Shown here piece after piece: positions 17,507 through 20,000 of a stretch of 20,000 bases of DNA. The notes under the pieces were generated by a model. That model did not search any database and was not told where the DNA came from. It saw nothing but the letters and a program-made list of their open reading frames with translations. The stretch lies in assembly GCA_016218805.1 (NCBI GenBank), contig JACRCW010000026.1, positions 49,128 to 69,127 on the forward strand, in the 5' to 3' direction. The DNA comes from Deltaproteobacteria bacterium (GTDB taxonomy: Bacteria; Myxococcota; JACRCW01). Position 1 is the first letter of the stretch; each line of letters starts with the position of its first letter. A program made the position numbers and the translations under genes.

Positions 17507-17880
17507 AGCTCAAAGCCCTCCAGCGCTTCGGGTTCATGGCAGTCCAGGCAGGACTTCTTGCGGATGCTCCAGCTGAAATGCGGCGTGAACGCGTGGCAGG
17601 TGTGGCAGTGACCCGCATCCTCGTGGTCCTTGTGTGAGAACTTCTCGCCTTTGTCGTAACGCGCGCGGTTGTGGCACTCAAAGCAGGACAGGTTGTCCAG
17701 GATGGGCGTGCGCGCCGCGCGGGCCGGCGCGGCGTGCGCCGGGGCAACCAGCGTGCCCCCCCCGGCCGCCAGCTTCTCGCCCACCTCTTGCATGGCCACG
17801 GCGAGCAGGCCCATCAGCGCCACCAGCGCCAGCCCTGCCACCCAGCGGGTGAGCGTGGACGACGACACCGGCGCGTTCAT
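17503..17880 (-). CDS. Small triheme cytochrome c with an N-terminal signal/anchor
   Basis: 125 aa. Hydrophobic N-terminal helix. CFECH, CHTCH, CLDCH, plus FSHKDH (c3/c7-like distal His pattern). Confidence 0.88.
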   Translation of the reverse strand: MNAPVSSSTLTRWVAGLALVALMGLLAVAMQEVGEKLAAGGGTLVAPAHAAPARAARTPILDNLSCFECHNRARYDKGEKFSHKDHEDAGHCHTCHAFTPHFSWSIRKKSCLDCHEPEALEGFEL

Positions 17881-19505
17881 GGCGTCTTCCCTCCGGGCGC
17901 GGCGGGGTCGGCCGGCGGCGTAGGCGGCGGCGGCGCGTTGGCAGCCTCATGCGCTTTGAGCATCGCGTCAAACTCCGCGCCGTGCTCCTCTTCAAACACC
18001 TCGCGGGTCATGCGGCCGGTGATGAACACCCAGGACATGGGGAACACCGCGGGGCGCAGGTGCACGTTGTAGAAGTGCCACAGGAAGATGGCCAGCGCGG
18101 CCAGGATGGCCTCATCCGCGTGCGCCACGCGCATGATGGTGAACACCCAGCCGGGCACAAACTTGGCCGTCCACACGGGGAACCACAGCACAAACCCTGA
18201 CGACACCATGATCACCACGCCCCAGAACACCGCCCAGTAGTCGAACTTCTCAAAATAGGAGAACCGGGCAAACCGCGGCTTTTCGTCACGCAGGCGGAGG
18301 AAATACAGGAGATTGTCAATGACGTCCTTCACGTCCTTGGGCGTGGGTGCCATCACCGGCCCCAGCCGGCCCTTCACGACGAGATAGACCAGGTAGCCAA
18401 GGTGGTACACCGAGGCGATGATGAGGCCCACCGCGGACACGCGGTGCACCAGGCCGGTGAGGTCAATGCCGCCAAACATCCGGGCGACGCCCAGGCTGGC
18501 GTCTACCGTGTGCGCGCGCAGTGGCAGCCCGGTCAGCACCAGCATGGTGAAGGACAGCGCCATCAGGCCGTGCTGCAGGCGCTGGTGCACGTCAAAGCGC
18601 TGCACCTCAGCGGGGACCGCCTTCTCCGCCTGCGGCGGCAGCGGCTTGTGGTTGCGCTTGCGCCAGATTTGCGACGCCAGGTCCAACAGGACGTGGGCCA
18701 TGAGCGCAAAGATGGTCAGGAACGTCAGCCACACAAAGAACTTCTTGCCCCAGTACGCGATGGGTTCCACTTCGCGCTCTTCCGGGCTGTGCGCAAACGC
18801 ATCCGAGAACTCCACGGTGGAGCCGGAATGGCATTCGCCGCATTTCTTGGCGCGGTCCTGCTTCATGTCAGTCAGCGCGTGGCTGCCGTGGCAGTCCGCG
18901 CACCCGGGCGCCTTGGGGGACCCCAGGTGCAGCTTGCGGCCGTGGAAGCTGTGCTCGTAGGTCTCCACCACAACGGGCTTGGGACCCTTGTCGCCCATCT
19001 TCTTGGCGTCTGCGTGGCAGGCAGCGCAGCGCTCGTTCATGAGCAGGCGCCGCGCGTTGGGCGGCATCGCGCTGAGTGATTTCATCTCGTGCAGGTCGCC
19101 GTGGCAGTCCAGGCAGAACGGCGCGCCTTCGCGCTTGTCTTCAAAGAACGCCTTGCCGTGCTTGCTCTCGCGGAACTCGTTGGCCTGGTCTTCGTGGCAG
19201 CCCAGGCACGCGGTGATGGCCGCAGGGTTGCCGCCCCGCCCGTCCTTCACGCTCTCGTCAATCTCGGGTTCTTCTACGTCCTCGTGCGGGTTGAATTGGT
19301 AACCCGTGTGGCATTCGCGGCAATTGTTGTCCCCGTGGACGCTCTTGCCGAACACCTTTTCGGAGAACCGCGCGTCCTGGTGACAGGGGGTGCACCACTT
19401 GGGGCTCTCGGGCGGAGGCTCGGCCCTGGCCGTGGCGGCGGGCCAGAACACCACCCACGCAAGGGCCCATCCCCCCAGCCAACCAACGCGCGCGCACGAT
19501 CGCAT
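17877..19505 (-). CDS. Multiheme cytochrome c / cytochrome b fusion (CbcL-like; 7 CxxCH plus FdnI-type cytochrome b domain), about 542 aa
   Basis: AAGGAGG before the ATG at 19505. Sec signal ending ATARA. CTPCH, CRECH, CLGCH, CLDCH, CAACH, CADCH, CGECH. Then about 5 TM helices with RF..HQRLQH, LVHR...YH, RFSYFEKFDYWAVFWG, AH.DEA.LA....WHFY. Confidence 0.9.
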   Translation of the reverse strand: MRSCARVGWLGGWALAWVVFWPAATARAEPPPESPKWCTPCHQDARFSEKVFGKSVHGDNNCRECHTGYQFNPHEDVEEPEIDESVKDGRGGNPAAITACLGCHEDQANEFRESKHGKAFFEDKREGAPFCLDCHGDLHEMKSLSAMPPNARRLLMNERCAACHADAKKMGDKGPKPVVVETYEHSFHGRKLHLGSPKAPGCADCHGSHALTDMKQDRAKKCGECHSGSTVEFSDAFAHSPEEREVEPIAYWGKKFFVWLTFLTIFALMAHVLLDLASQIWRKRNHKPLPPQAEKAVPAEVQRFDVHQRLQHGLMALSFTMLVLTGLPLRAHTVDASLGVARMFGGIDLTGLVHRVSAVGLIIASVYHLGYLVYLVVKGRLGPVMAPTPKDVKDVIDNLLYFLRLRDEKPRFARFSYFEKFDYWAVFWGVVIMVSSGFVLWFPVWTAKFVPGWVFTIMRVAHADEAILAALAIFLWHFYNVHLRPAVFPMSWVFITGRMTREVFEEEHGAEFDAMLKAHEAANAPPPPTPPADPAAPGGKTP

Positions 19506-19542
19506 TCGAGTTCCTCCTTGGGGTGTACGGGGGAACTGCAAG

Positions 19543-19557
19543 GCAATCGCGGTGCCA
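19543..19557 (-). promoter_or_regulatory. Sigma54 (-24/-12) promoter of the cytochrome/two-component operon
   Basis: Minus strand TGGCAC-CGCGA-TTGC matches TGGCAC-N5-TTGC. Predicted +1 near 19531, leaving a leader of about 26 nt containing AAGGAGG. Confidence 0.88.
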
Positions 19558-19587
19558 AATATCTTGCGTGCAATGCGCGGTATTTTC

Positions 19588-19799
19588 CGTCGAGAATACC
19601 CGTCAATATCGGGCGGGTCCGTCGGACAGTGCCTTCGCTTCGGGTGCCGGTGGGCCGCGCATTTGTCGGAAGATCTCGACGCAAAAGCCCGACAGCGCGT
19701 AGCCGATTCGCGACATGGGCGGGAAGGACTGCCGTCCCGGGCAACTGCGGAGGGTAGCGCGTTCCCGACGGTGCGACTGCCGTTCGACGAACACCGACA
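19588..19799. promoter_or_regulatory. Array of imperfect TGTCG-N8-CGACA palindromes, candidate enhancer (UAS) sites
   Basis: 19588 CGTCG-N8-CGTCA; 19607 TATCG-N8-CGTCG; 19664 TGTCG-N8-CGACG; 19677 CGACG-N8-CGACA; 19698 CGTAG-N8-CGACA; 19753 GGTAG-N8-CGACG; 19782 GTTCG-N8-CGACA. Confidence 0.6.
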
Positions 19800-20000
19800 A
19801 ATGTGACGTAACAGCAGCGCCCGCCGAGGGGGCGGGCGCGCGACTGCGAGGTCTTGTGGACGTACTTGATTAGCGGGGCCAGGGCCCGGAGGCGTGATGT
19901 AGGGGGAGATCCCATCGGCGACTCGGCTGATCAACGCGGCGGTGGTTGCTGCCGATCCTGCTTGCATGAAGGACACGGACCCCCGGGACAGGCGCATCGC

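Noticed and set aside
19506..19997. 164-codon N-terminal extension of the cytochrome c/b ORF in the track (start 19997)
   Set aside because: It spans the sigma54 promoter and UAS array. A strong SD and signal peptide mark 19505 as the start.
19966..20000. Possible start of a divergent plus-strand gene (MKDTDPRDRRI...)
   Set aside because: Only 11 codons are visible and there is no clear SD, so it cannot be supported.

Overview
GC-rich bacterial chromosomal window, most consistent with a myxobacterium (Myxococcota). Left arm, minus strand: DciA/DUF721, a HEAT-like protein, a Ser/Ala-tailed lipoprotein, a GltJ/AgmX-like gliding-motility protein and a 3'-truncated TIGR04552-like protein that the ORF track missed. 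Middle, plus strand: a large Cys-rich Ig-like lipoprotein and a glucose-6-phosphate isomerase homologue with its catalytic Glu replaced by Gln. These are followed by a 630-bp non-coding interval with an inverted GTAG-type REP pair, a 10-bp-period CGCGGAA array and long hairpins, then a TlpA/ResA thioredoxin and a low-complexity protein with a probable peptidoglycan-binding motif. Right arm, minus strand: a five-gene operon with 4-bp overlaps at every junction. It encodes a 7-heme cytochrome c/cytochrome b fusion (CbcL-like), a triheme cytochrome, a 12-heme NapC/NrfH-type cytochrome, a sensor kinase and an NtrC-family activator, behind a near-consensus sigma54 promoter and an array of TGTCG-N8-CGACA-like palindromes. 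Family calls come from motif recognition by eye; no database searches were run.
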